Shown here piece after piece: positions 39,185 to 52,465 of a DNA stretch of 64,000 bases. This DNA is from Mobula hypostoma (lineage: Eukaryota). Position numbers and translations under genes: made by a program. How positions within the stretch are numbered: the stretch's first letter is position 1; each line of letters begins with the position of its first letter. The stretch spans positions 14,694,001 to 14,758,000 of the forward strand of contig NC_086101.1 of the NCBI RefSeq assembly GCF_963921235.1, written 5' to 3'. A model generated the notes under the pieces. The model worked only from the letters and a program-made list of their open reading frames with translations. It did no database searches and had not been told where the DNA came from.

Positions 39185-42100
39185 TTAAGGAGTTGTGGTC
39201 ACTGCTCGCTAACTTTGCACCCACTGTCGGTCATGTGATGGAAAACAGTATGCTAGAGCCAAGGATGAGCCAGAAGGTTTACAAGTAGATGATGGATGTA
39301 CACATGAATGGAAGGAAGGACAAACCAATGATTGGGTACAAATGCAGACAGAGCAAAGAGTTAAATTGTATCACAGAGGCAAAATGCAAAAGGGCGAAGA
39401 ATGCAGGAATTAAGGTGCGCACAGCATTCAGAATAAGGTGGACGAATTTGAGGCGTAATTAAAGGTTGGTCGATATATGGCGGTGTGGGCATCACTGAGT
39501 TGTGACTAAAAGAAAGCAAGAATGGGGCGCTTAACATCATCGAGTGTTTATATCGAAAGAACAGGCAGAAATGCATAGGCGGTGGTGTGGTTCTGTTGGT
39601 CAGAGATGGAAGTACAACTTTAGAAAGTGGTGACATAGGGTCAAAGAATGTGAATTTTTTAAGAAACTGCAAGGGTAAAAAACATCATGGGAATCATATA
39701 TAGGCCTCCAAATAATAGGCTGAGGTTGCAAAGGGAACTAGAAAGGACGTGGAATAAGGGTGATGACACAATTTTAACGGGAGAGTTCAATATGCAGGGG
39801 CTTTGGGGAAATCAGGTTGGTGTCTGACATAAAGAGAGAGAATTCGTTGAATGCCTTTTAGTACAGCTTGTGCAACCTACAGGGAGAAAGGTTATCTTAC
39901 ATTGGGTGTTGTTTAATAACCTAGATCTTATTGGGGAGCTTAATGTAAGTGGACCCTTCGAAGCAGTGATCATAATATGATTGAGTTCATACTGAAATTT
40001 GAGATTGTCACATGTATCAGTATCACAATGGAATAAAGGGAATAAAGGGAAAAGAGAGGAGCTTGCCAAGGTGGATTGGAGGAGGATACTGGTGGGGATG
40101 ACGGTAGATCAGAGATGGATGAGGTTACTGGGAATAGTTCACAAGGCGCAGGATAGTTATCTCCCACAGAAGAAGCAGTTCTCAAATGGCAGGGGTAAGC
40201 AACTGTGGCTGACAATGCAAGTTAAGGACTGCATAAAAGCCAAGGAAAGGACATATAAGGTAGCAAAAGTGAGTGGGAAGTTGGATTAGGAAGCTTTTAA
40301 AATCCATCAAAAGGCAACTAAAAAGCTATAATTGGGGAAAATGGAATGAGGGCAAACTAGCCAAAACTATAAAGCAGAATACCAAAAGTTTTTCAGTTAT
40401 ATAAATAGTAAAAGGGAGGAGAGAGTTGATATTGGACGCCTGCAAAATGATGCTGGTGGGGTAGTAATGGGGGACAAGGAATCGCAGAAGAACTTAATGG
40501 GTACGTTATAGCTGTATTCTCTGAAATACACGTGCAGTGTGCCAGACGTCCGTAAGTGTCAGAGAGCAGGAGTGAGTGTCATTGCTATTACAAAGGAAAA
40601 GGTGCCAGGCACACTCAAAGATCTTCAGGTGGGTAAGTCACTTGGACCAGGTGGACTACATCGCAGATTACTGAGAGAGCTTACTAAAGAAATAGTGGAC
40701 GGATTGGGCGTGATCATTCAAGAATCACTTGATTCTGAAATTGTGCCGGAGGACAGGACGATTGCAAATTTCACTCCACTCTTTATAAAGTAAGGAAGGC
40801 ATAAGAAAGGAAATGATGGGCCAGTTAGTCTAACTTCAGTGCTTAGGAAAGGGTTGGAGTCTATTATTGAGGAAATGATGGGCCAGTTAGTCTAACTTCA
40901 GTGCTTAGGAAAGGGTTGGAGTCTATTATTGAGGATGAGGTTTCGAGGTACTTGGAGACTAATGATAAAATAAGTCAAAGTCCGCATGGTTTCCGTCAAG
41001 GGAAATCTTGTCTGACAAATCTGTTTGAGCTCTTCGAGGAAGCAACAAGCAGGGTGGACAAAGGAGACGGTGAATGTCATTTATTTGGATTTTCAGAATG
41101 CGTTTGGTAAGGCGCATCACATGAAGCTGCTTAACAAGATAAAACCCTAGAGCGTTACAGGAAAGATACTGGCATGGATAACGTAATGGCTGACATGAAG
41201 GAGGCAGCGAATGGGAATAAACGGGGCCTTTTCTGGATGGCAGCCGGTGACTAGTGGTGTTCCTCAGGGGTTACTATTGGGGCCACTGCTTTTCACATTA
41301 GCTGGAGGGGTAGGTAGTGCTGACAAAGCAATGCGATTGCAGCAAGACTTGGAAAAATTGAAAGAATGGGCAAAAACCTGGCAGATAGAATACAGTGTTG
41401 GGAAATGCATGATGATATTCTTTGGTAAAAGGAACAATAGTGCGGACTATTATATAAATGCGAGAAAGTTCATCAGAGGTGCAGAGGGACTTAAGAGTCT
41501 TCATTGAAGACTCCCAGAAGGTTAATTTACAGGTTGAATCTGTGGTAAAAAAAAAAAAGGCAAATGCAATGTTGGCATTTATATCAAGGAGAATATCATA
41601 TAAAGCAAGGAGATAATGCTGAGCTTTTATAAGACACTAGTCAAGCCACACTTGGATTATTCTCAACAGCCTTGGGCCCCATATCTTAGAAAGGATGTGC
41701 TGTCATTGGAAGGAGTACAGAAGAGATCATCGAGGATGATTCTGATGAGGCGAGATTGGCACCTTCGGGCCTGTACTTTCTGGAATTTAGGAAAATGCTT
41801 GGACATCTCATTGAAACCTATCGAATGTTGAAAGGGCTAGAGAGGGAGGATGTGGAAAGGATGTTTCTTGTCGTGGGGGTATCAAGAACTAGAGGGCAGA
41901 GCCTCAAAATTGAGGGCGACCCTTTAGGACAGGGGTAAGAAAGAACTTTTTTGTAGCCAGCGAGTAGACTGCGGTAGAGACTAGGTCCGTGCGTATATTG
42001 ATCATTTCCTGATCGGTTAGGGCATCAACGGATTTTGCGAGAAGGCTGGAGTATGGGGTTGAGTGGGAACCGGGATCAGCCATAATAGAATGGAGGAGCA

Positions 42101-43130
42101 GACGCTCTCTGCTGAATGCCCTAATTCGGCTCCTATGTCTTATAGTCTTATGGTCTTACTTAACACTCAGTCGTCCCCTCTGTATTGTCCATGATGAATA
42201 GTGTAACTGCTCCTCTTCTACCTTCATTTCTATCTTCCCTGAAAATTTAAAACTATTCCTGTCCCTCTCTCAACCGTCTCTGTAAAGCTTCCATGTTTCC
42301 ATGTATTGATCCACACTCTAAGTTAATCACCCTTTTCCATAATACTCCTTGCACTAAAATAACAAACACTTCAAACTATCTGACCCATTGTATTTGTTAT
42401 TTTGTTCCTACTTGTTTTTACTGACCCTGACATTTACTTCTCAGTCTATCCTTCCACTTTCTGCTCTGGTGCTCTGATTCCCACCGCCCTGTCAAACAAG
42501 TTCAAACCCTCGCGAGTAGCACCAGAGCGTTCCAGCCACGATAGTGTTTCCCTTCCAGTTAAAGTGAACGGTTCCCTCTTATAAGAGATGCCACTTCTCT
42601 AGAAACATTTCCAATTATCCAAGAGCCTGAAATTCTGCCCCTTTCAGCAGTTTCTCAGCCACTCAGTCATCTGTACTAGAATACTATTTCTGAACTTTCT
42701 ATGACGTGGCCCCGGGAGTGGTCCAGAAATAGCTACAATACAGGTCTTGTTATTCAGCCTCTTTCCTAAGTCACGATATTCACTGGGCAGGATTTCTTCA
42801 CCATTTTTGCCTAAGTCTTCGGTGCCAATGTGCATCATGACCTCTAGTTACATACTCTCCTCAATATTAAGGAGCCAGCGTACATTTTTGACGTCTCATT
42901 CGCGGCCACCGAATCTTCTGCCCCTCCCCCTAACTATCAATTTCCCCATCACTATCGCTCTGCCTGACTTTACCCTTGCCTGCTGTGTCTAGGAACTGGC
43001 CACGGTGCCACTGACCTGGCTTCTGCTGCTGTGCCCTGTTAGGTCATCCCCCAAGGATATATAAAGGGAAATATTTGCTGCAGTGGGGAAGGGACACAGG
43101 GGAACCCTGAACAGTCTGCGGTCATAGACA
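39185..43130. mobile_element. Decayed CR1 (+, about 39.2-42.15 kb) followed by a CR1 ORF1/5' region (-, about 42.17-43.13 kb)
   Basis: APE, RT and SGNH motifs with many stops. Confidence 0.8.
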
Positions 43131-43726
43131 TAATATTTGGGTAGACGTCGAAGGAAAAACGTTGAGGTGAGTGGTGTGTCTTAACAGTTGGGAAAGGGGC
43201 TGCGAGGCGGAAAACATTATTGACATTTCCTACTCTCAGGGATGTGGTGGAAAACCCAAAACGCTATTTTTGGCCACTGTGACATTAGTGAGGAATTCTG
43301 ATTGGCAATGTCGGCAGCGGAACAGAAAACTATTCACTCAGGTCAAAAGTCCAGGGTAAACATTGCAAATTAAGTGGTCATTTAATCTGCAAGCGAAATA
43401 GGACACCGTAGGTTCTTTATTTATAATATGGCAAACATTTCCTCAACTGAGGCCCATTCTGTTGAAAGCAGTGGACAGCGTAACGTAAGGCACTTGAAAC
43501 AATGAAAGTGCTATCTCCCTGTGGTTAGCTTTGCGGTGGCGCGTTATTAACGTTGGGATGGTGAACTATAAAACAAAAGATAGAGAGAGTTACGCCTAAA
43601 ATTGATGCCGCATTTTACAGCACGCGCCTTTCAGAAAACGCACTCGATAAGAGACATTTGGTATTGAACCACTGCAAATTTTTTGTATATTTAAAATCTT
43701 GTAATAACTGGTCTGTTCCATTCCAG

Positions 43727-43969
43727 AAAGAGAAATCTGTAGTCTATGCTGAAATAAATATGAGGAAAGCGCCACGGACTCGACCATTGGACTACGTTGC
43801 ATGCGAGTCAGGCCGGACTGGACGGAGTTCCCAAGCGGGAAAAAGGGAAGATCCGATTCTCTACGCCGAGGTGAGAGCTGCATCGCCTAGAAATGATTGG
43901 GCGTCAACGAAGCCCACGAAGTCTCCCAGAAGAGAGGAGCAGATCGTGTATGCGGCCGTGAATGTGTAG
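43727..43969 (+). CDS. NCR3-like: Gene A terminal coding exon with three ITIMs (VVYAEI, ILYAEV, IVYAAV)
   Basis: Acceptor gtctgttccattccag|AAA, phase 0, 80 codons then TAG. The three [IV]xYxx[IV] motifs are at 43739-56, 43856-73 and 43943-60. Non-repetitive sequence. Confidence 0.85.
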   Translation, partial: KEKSVVYAEINMRKAPRTRPLDYVACESGRTGRSSQAGKREDPILYAEVRAASPRNDWASTKPTKSPRREEQIVYAAVNV

Positions 43970-44967
43970 CGTATGTGAGGCAGCCTTCTTTACTTTGACA
44001 GCAATAGATCCTGCAGGCCCAGCAAGCCAGCGGAGTCCAATTATACCCACGTCACCAATTAACCTATTAAACCGCAGGAATGTTGAAGGAAACCGGAGCA
44101 ACCGGAGGAAACCCATATCGCCACAGGCACGTCGTACAATCTCCTTACTGATTACTGCGGGAATCACATCCGTGTCGCTGGTGCTGCAATGGCATTAAGC
44201 TAGCCGCTACGCTACCATGCCGCCCATCAGTTTCTTGAACCGGCAGGGATATGAACATTGGGGAAGGATTCCTGTAGTTGGGCGAATTCACTGCGCCCTA
44301 AGCGCCGATTACCGTATTGTATCTCTAAGTAAAATATAACAAGTAAAATTTATCGTATTTGCCATTCTAAACGGCGTATCTGATATCCACGACCCCTGGT
44401 TCCATACTTTCCAGCTCTCAGTTGCATTGCTGTATAAAACTACTTTTAAGCTGTTAGCATTTTATCTCCAGTCTCATATCATAGTCATGAGTTACAACAA
44501 TATCCGAGATGATTCTCGTCGCAATTATGATTCTCAATCCGGGAAACAAGATTATATTCAAGGTTGTAGGTGCCTGTATTTATTCTTTGAAGTTTGCCTG
44601 GTCATCTGGCGGTTTTGTAAGGCTATTGCAGGTAGCGTTGTCAAGGGTGCTGCTTCCTAATGTTGGAGTTATGAATCAGCTAGAATTTTATAGGTTTCGC
44701 TTATATTTCCCTGGTGTCGTTTTTCAAGTTCAAATTCAAATTTATTGTTATCCAATTTCGCACATGTATACTTCTACGCAAAACAAAGTTCCTCTGGGAC
44801 CACAGTGAAAAACACAGTACAGATATCACATACAGCGCATAAATGGTATTAGCACAACAATGTTAAGAGATTAAAAGTATCCTGTAGATGCACAAGTTGC
44901 GTCGGAGCGCTGCACTCCTGCTTTACAATTCCAAACCCACTTTCGGAGATTGTACCAGCATGAGATT

Positions 44968-45091
44968 TAATAAACAACTTTTCTTTCTTTCTTCTTTTTT
45001 TTTGGCGTGTGCGCGAGTCTTTGCATGTGCGTCTGCGTGCGCGTGCCTGCGTCCGTGATGATGTCTTTTTCATGGTAATAAACAACTTTTC
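44968..45091 (+). terminator. Candidate polyadenylation signals of gene A (two AATAAA)
   Basis: AATAAA at 44969 and 45077. The first is followed by U-rich and GU-rich sequence, about 1 kb after the stop. Confidence 0.4.
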
Positions 45092-45179
45092 AACCTCATT
45101 GTGTGAAACACATTGATGAAGATAGAGCAGTAGATATAGAGTATCCGGATTTCAGCTAGGCATTGAATAAGGTATAAAC

Positions 45180-47877
45180 TATAGAAACCATACAACAATT
45201 ACAGCACAGAAACAGGTCAACTCGGCCCTTCTAGCCCGTGCCGAACTCTTATTCTCACCGAATTCCACCGACCTGCACTCAGCCCATAACCCTCCATTCC
45301 TTTCCTGTCCATATAGCTGTCCAGTTTAACTTTAAACGACAACATCGAACCTGCCTCACCACTTCTGCTGGAACTTCGTTCCACACAGCTACCACTCTCT
45401 GAGTAAAGAAGTTCCCCCTCATGGTACCCCTAAACTTTAGCCCTTTAATTCTCAACTCATGTCCTCTTGTTTGAATCTCCCCCACTCTCAATGGAAAAAG
45501 CCTATCCACGTCAACTCTACCTACCCCTCTCATAATCTAAAATACCTCTATCAAGTCCCCCCTCAACCTTCTACGTTCCAAAGAATAAAGACCCAACTTG
45601 TTCAACCTTTCTCTGTAACTTTGGTGATGAAACGCAGGTACCATTCAAGTAAACCTTCCCTGTACTCTCTTTATTTTGTTGACATCTTTCCTATAATTTG
45701 GTGACCAAAACCGTACACAATACTCCAAATTTGGCCTCACCAATGCCTTGTACAATTTCAACATTACATCCCAACTCCTATACTGAATGCTTTGATTTAT
45801 AAAGGCCACCATACAAAAGCTTTCTTCACCACCCTATCCACATGAGATTTCACCTTCAGGGAACTATGCACCATTATTACTAGATCTCCCTGTTCTACTG
45901 CATTCTTCAATGCCCTACCATTTACCATGTATGTCGTAATTTGATTAGTCCTGCCAAAGTGCAACACCTCACATTTATCAGCTTTCAACTCCATCTGTCA
46001 TCTTTCAGCCCACTCTTCTAACTGGCCTAAATCTCTCTGCAAGCTGTGAAAACCTACTTCATTATCCAAAACTCCACCTATCATAGTATCATCTGCATAC
46101 TTACTCATCCAATTTACCACCCCATCATCCAGACCATTAATGAATATGACCAATAACATTGGACCCAGTACAGATCTCTGAGGCACACTACTAGTCACCG
46201 GCCTCCAATCTCACAAACAGTTTTCCACCACCACTCTCTGGCGTTTCCCATCTAGCCACTGCTGAATCCATTTTGCTACTTCAATATTAATACCTAACGA
46301 TTGAATCTTACTAACTAACTTTCCATGTGGGACCTTGACAAAGGCCTTACTGAAGTACATATAGACAACATCAACCGCTTTACCCTCGTCAACATTCCTC
46401 GTGACCTCTTCAAAAAATTCAATAAGATTTGTCAAACATGACTTTCCACGCACAAATCCATGTTGACTGTTCCTAATTAGACCCTGTCTATCCAGATAAT
46501 TATATATACCATCTCTAAGAATGCTTTCCATCAATTTACTCACCACTGATGTCAAACTCACAGGCCGATAATTGCTAGGTTTACTCTTAACGCTTTTTAA
46601 ACAATGGAACAACATGAGCAATATGCCAATCCTCCGGCACCATCTCCGTTTCTAATGACATTTGAAATATTTCTGTCAGAGCCCCTGCTGCTTCCACAAT
46701 AACTTCCCTCAATGTCCTAGGGAATATCCTGTCAGGACCCGGAGACTTATCCACGTTTATATTCCTTAAAAGCTCCAGTACTACTTCTTCTTTAATCATC
46801 ATAGTTTCCATAACTTCCCTACCGTTTTCCTTATCTTAAACAATTCAATATCCTTCTCCTTAGTGAATACCGAAGAAAAGAAATTGTTAAGAATCTCCCC
46901 CATCTCTTTTGGCTCCACACATAGCCGTCCACTCTGATTCTCTAAGGGACCAATTTTATCCCTCACTATCCTTTTGCTATTTATATAACGGTAGAAACCT
47001 TTGGGATTTATTTTCATCTTACTTGCCAAAGCAGCTTCATATCTTCTTTTAGCTTTTCTGATTTCTTTCTTAAGATTCTCTTTACATTCTTTATATTCCT
47101 CGAGCACCTCATTTACTCCATGCTGTTTATATTTATTGTAGATCTCTATTTTTTCCTGAACCAAGTTTCCAATATCCTCTGAAAACCATGGGTCTCTTAA
47201 ACTTTTAACCTTTCCCTTCAACCTAACAGGAACATAAAGATCCTGTACTCTCAAACATTCACCTTTAAATGACCTCCATTTCTCTATTACATCCTTCCCA
47301 TAAAACAAATTGTCCCAATCCACTCCTTCTAAATCCTTTCGCATCTCCTCAAAGTTAATCTTTCTCCAATCAAAAATCTCAATCCTGGGTCCAGACCTAT
47401 CCTTTTCCATAATTATATTGAAACTAATATCATTGTGACCACTGGACCCGAAGTGCTCCCCATCACAAACCTCCGTCACCTGACCTATGTCATTCCTCAA
47501 CATGAGATCCAGCTCTGCCCCTTCTCTCGTTGGTACCTCTAGGTATTGCTGCAAAAAAACTATCTTGCACACATTTTACAAACTCCGAATGTTCCAGCCC
47601 TTTTACGGTATGGGCTTCCCAGTCTATGTGTGGAAAATTAAAATCTCCCACAATCACAACCTTATGTCTACGACTAATATCTGCTATCTCCTTACAAATT
47701 TCCTCCTCCAATTCTTGCACCCCATTTGGTGGTCTATAATACACCCCCATAAGCGTTACTAAACTTTCCCATTTCTCAATTCCACCCGAATAGCCTCCCT
47801 GGACAAGCCCTCTAATCTATCCCGCCAGAGCACTGCTGTAATATTTTCTCTGACAAGCAATGCAACCCCTACCCCTT
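45180..47877 (-). mobile_element. Host CR1, 3' part (ORF2 APE to RT to tail)
   Basis: ORFs at 46799-47572 and 46211-46621. Continues at 51354-52465. Confidence 0.9.
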
Positions 47878-50800
47878 TTGTCCATATAGGTACCAATGAC
47901 ATAGGTAGGAAAAGGGATGAGGTCCTGAAAGGAGAATATAGGGAGCTAGGAAGGGAGTTGAGAAAAAGGACCGCAAAGGTAGTAATCTCGGGATTACTGC
48001 CTGTGCCACGCGACAGTGAGAGTAGGAATGCGATGAGGTGGAGGATAAATGCGTGGCTGAGGGATTGGAGCAGGGGGCAGGGATTCAAGTTTTTGGATAA
48101 TTGGGACCTCTTTTGGCGCAGGCGTGACCTGTACAAAAAGGACGGGTTACACTTGAATCCTAGGGGGACTAATATCCTGGCAGGGAGATTAGCGGGGGCT
48201 ACTGAGGTGACTTTAAACTAGAATGGTTGGGGGGTGGGAATCAAATTAAAGAAGCTAGGCGTGAGGAGGTTAGTTCACAACAGAGGGAAGGGAACCAGTG
48301 CAGAGAGACAGAGGGGTGTAAAGTGAGCGTAGAAGCAAAAAGTACAAAGGAGAAAAGTAAAAGTGGCAGGCCGACAAATCCAGGGCAAGCATTAAAAAGG
48401 GCCACTTTTCAACATAATTGTACAAGGGCTAAGAGAGTTGTAAAAGAGCGCCTGAAGGCTTTATGTGCCAATGCAAGGAGCATTCGTAATAAGGTGGATG
48501 AATTGAAAGTGCAGATTGTTATTAATGATTATGATATAGTTGGGATCACAGAGACATGGCTCCAGGGTGACCAGGGATGGGAGCTCAACGTTCAGGGATA
48601 TTCAATATTCAGGAGGGATAGACATGAAGGAAGGGGAGGTGGGGTGGCGTTGCTGGTTAAAAAAGAGATTAACGCAATAGAAAGGAAGGACATAAGCCGG
48701 GAAGATGTGGAATCGATATGGGTAGAGCTCCGTAACACTAAGGGGCAGAAGACGCTGGTGGGAGTTGTGTACAGGCCACCTAACAGTAGTAGTGAGGTCG
48801 GAGATGGTATTAAACAGGAAATTAGAAATGTGTGCAATAAAGGAACAGCAGTTATAATGGGTGACTTCAATCTACATGTAGACTGGGTGAACCAAATTGA
48901 TAAAGGTGCTGAGGAAGAGGATTTCTTGGAATGTATGCAGGATGGTTTTTTGAACCAACATGTCGAGGAACCAACTAGAGAGCAGGATATTCTGGACTGG
49001 GTTTTGAGCAATGAGGAAGGGTTAATTAGCGATCTTGTCGTGAGAGGCCCCTTGGGTAAGAGTGACCATAATATGGTGGAATTCTTCATTAACATGGAGA
49101 GTGAGATAGTTAATTCAGAAACAAAGGTTCTGAACTTAAAGAGGGGTAACTTTGAAGGTATGAGACGTGAATTAGCTAAGATAGACTGGCAAATGACACT
49201 TCAAGGATTGACGGTGGATATGCAATGGCAAGCATTTAAAGGTTGCATGGATGAACTACAACAATTGTTCATCCCAGTTTGGCAAAAGAATAAATCAAGG
49301 AAGGTAGTGCACCCGTGGCTGACAAGAGAAATTTGGGATCGTATCAATTCCAAAGAAGTAGCATACAAATTAGCCAGAGAAAGTGGCTCACCGGAGGACT
49401 GGGAGAAATTCAGAGTTCAGCAGAGGAGGACAAAGGGCTTAATTAGGAAGGGGAAAAAAGATTATGAGAGAAAACTGGCAATGAACATAAAAACTGACTG
49501 TAAAAGCTTTTATAGATATGTAAAAAGGAAAAGACTGGTAAAGACAAATGTAGGTCCCCTGCAGACAGAAACAGGTGAATTGATTATGGGGAGCAAGGAC
49601 ATGGCAGACCAATTGAATAATTACTTTGGTTCTGTCTTCACTAAGGAGGACATAAATAATCTTCCAGAAATAGTAAGGGACAGAGGGTCGAGTGAGATGG
49701 AGGAACTGAGTGAAATACATGTTAGTAGGGAAGTGGTGTTAGGTAAATTGAAGGGATTGAAGGCAGATAAATCCCCAGGGCCAGATGGTCTGCATCCTAG
49801 AGTGCTTAAGGAAGTAGCCCAAGAAATAGTGGATGCATTAGTGATAATTTTTCAAAACTCGTTAGATTCTGGACTAGTTCCTGAGGATTGGAGGGTGGCT
49901 AATGTAACCCCACTTTTTAAAAAAGGAGGGAGAGAGAAACCGGGGAATTATAGGCCGGTTAGCCTAACGTCGGTGGTGGGGAAACTGCTGGAGTCAGTTA
50001 TCAAGGATGTGATAACAGCACATTTGGAAAGCGGTGAAATGATCGGACAAAGTCAGCATGGATTTGTGAAAGGAAAATCATGTCTGACGAATCTCATAGA
50101 ATTTTTTGAGGATGTAACTAGTAGAGTGGATAGGGGAGAACCAGTGGATGTGGTATATTTGGATTTTCAAAAGGCTTTTGACAAGGTCCCACACAGGAGA
50201 TTAGTGTGCAAACTTAAAGCACACGGTATTGGGGGTAAGGTATTGGTGTGGGTGGAGAATTGGTTAGCAGACAGGAAGCAAAGAGTGGGAATAAACGGGA
50301 CCTTTTCAGAATGGCAGGCGGTGACTAGTGGGGTACCGCAAGGCTCAGTGCTGGGACCCCAGTTGTTTACAATATATATTAATGACTTGGATGAGGGAAT
50401 TAAATGCAGCATCTCCAAGTTTGCGGATGACACGAAGCTGGGTGGCAGTGTTAGCAGTGAGGAGGATGCTAAGAGGATGCAGGGTGACTTGGATAGGTTG
50501 GGTGAGTGGGCAAACTCATGGCAGATGCATTTTAATGTGGATAAATGTGAAGTTATCCACTTTGGTGGCAAAAATAGGAAAACAGATTATTATCTGAATG
50601 GTCGCCGATTAGGAAAAGGGGAGGTGCAACGAGACCTGGGTGTCATTATACACCAGTCATTGAAAGTGGGCATGCAGGTACAGCAGGCGGTGAAAAAGGC
50701 GAACGGTATGCTGGCATTTATAGCGAGAGGATTCGAGTACAGGAGCAGGGAGGTACTACTGCAGTTGTACAAGGCCTTGGTGAGACCACACCTGGAGTAT

Positions 50801-51353
50801 TGTGTGCAGTTTTGGGTCCCCTAATCTGAGGAAAGACATCTTTGCCATAGAGGGAGTACAAAGAAGGTTCACCAGATTGATTCCTGGGATGGCAGGTCTT
50901 TCATATGATGAAAGACTGGATGAACTGGGCTTGTACTCGTTGGAATTTAGAAGATTGAGGGGGGATCTGATTGAAACGTATAAGATCCTAAAGGGATTGG
51001 ACAGACTAGATGCGGGAAGATTGTTCCCGATGTTGGGGAGGTCCAGAACGAGGGGTCACAGTTTGAGGATAGAGGGGAAGCCTTTTAGGACCGAGATTAG
51101 GAAAAACATCTTCACACAGAGAGTGGTGAATCTGTGGAATTCTCTGCCACAGCAAACTGTTGAGGCCAGTTCATTGGCTATGCTTAAGAGGGAGTTAGGT
51201 ATGGCCCTTGTGGCTACAGGGGTCAGGGGGTATGGAGGGAAGGCTGGGTTCTGAGTTGGATGATCAACCATGATCATAATAAATGGCGGTGCAGGCTCGA
51301 AGGGCAGAATGGCCTACTCCTGCACCTATTTTCTATGTTTCTGTGTTTCTATG
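47878..51353 (+). mobile_element. Near-intact young CR1, 5'-truncated in ORF1, inserted into the host CR1
   Basis: ORF1 end (VHIGTND...LN*), then an 865-codon ORF2 frame and a ctatgttt tail. A gtcc microhomology lies at the 5' junction. Confidence 0.95.
48206..51254 (+). pseudogene. CR1 ORF2: APE endonuclease plus reverse transcriptase, with a single +1 insertion at about 50815
   Basis: NARS, ITETW, GDFN, SDH, QHGF, PQGSVLGP and FADD motifs. TTT TGG GTC CCC TAA occurs where WSPN is expected, and the frame resumes at 50802-51254. Confidence 0.9.
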
Positions 51354-52465
51354 ATTCTATCACACCTGAAGCAATTAAATCCAGGAATCTTTAGTTGCCA
51401 GTCTCACCCCTCCTGTAACCATGTTTCACTAATAGCTACCACATCATACTTCCAGGTATCAATCCATGGTTTAAGCTCATCCACCTTTTTTACAATGCTC
51501 CTAGCATTAAAATAAATGCATTTAAGAAATTTTCCACATCTTATTCTCTGATTATCACTAAATCTGGAAACAGTTCTACTATTTTCTTTTTCTTCCTTCT
51601 TCTCTACATCTGTACCTACACTCTGGTTCCCCTTCCCCCCTCGTATCTAGTATAAATCCACCGGGGCCTCTCCAGCAAACCTACCCGCAAGAATATTTGT
51701 CCCCCTCCAGTTCAGATGTAGACCGTCCCGCCGGAACAGGTCCCACCTTCCCTGGAAAACTGCCCAATTATCTATAAATCTGAAGCCCTCCCTCCTGCAC
51801 CATGCCTTCAGCCACGTGTTGATCTGCGCTATCTTACTATTTCTAAACCAGGCTGCACGTGGCACTGGTAGCAATCCTGAGATTGCTATCCTGTAGGTCC
51901 TGTTCTTTAACTTGGCACATAACTCCCTAAACTCACCTTTCAGGACCTCCTCACTCTTCCTACCCACGTCATTGGACCACGACGTCCGGCTGCTCACCCT
52001 CCCTCTTGAGAATACCGAGAACTCTATCCGCGATATCGCGGACCTTGGCACCAGGGAGGAAACAGACCATCCGCGATTCTCGATCTCTTCCACAGAACCT
52101 CTTATCTGTCCCCCTAACTATCGAATCCCCTATCACTACTGCTCTCCTCTTTTCGCTCTTTCCCTTCTGAGTTGAGGACCCCATCTCGGTACCAGAGACG
52201 CAACCACTGCAACTTGTCCCTGGTAGGTCGGCACCACCAACAGTATCCAAAAAGATGTATTTATTATTGGTGGAAAAGGCCACAGTGGTGCTCTGCTCAT
52301 TCTGTCCCTTCCTCTTCCCTCCCCTGACAGTCACCCAGCTACCTGTCTCCTGATTCTTAGGGGTGACTATCTCCCTGTAACTCCTCTCTATTTCTGCCTC
52401 TGCCTCCCGAATGATCCGAAGTTCATCCAGCTCCAGCTCCAGTTCCCTAACTTGATTTGTCAGTA
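51354..52465 (-). mobile_element. Host CR1, 5' part (ORF1 coiled coil plus SGNH esterase, start of ORF2)
   Basis: VRELELELDELR, VIGDSIVRG and DGLHLN motifs. DVVAISETW joins in register to GVALLV at 47877. Confidence 0.88.

Noticed and set aside
40808-40931. 62-bp perfect tandem duplication
   Set aside because: It lies inside a dead CR1 and is likely slippage or an assembly artefact. Similar small duplications are at 13483-13558 and about 17098-17160.
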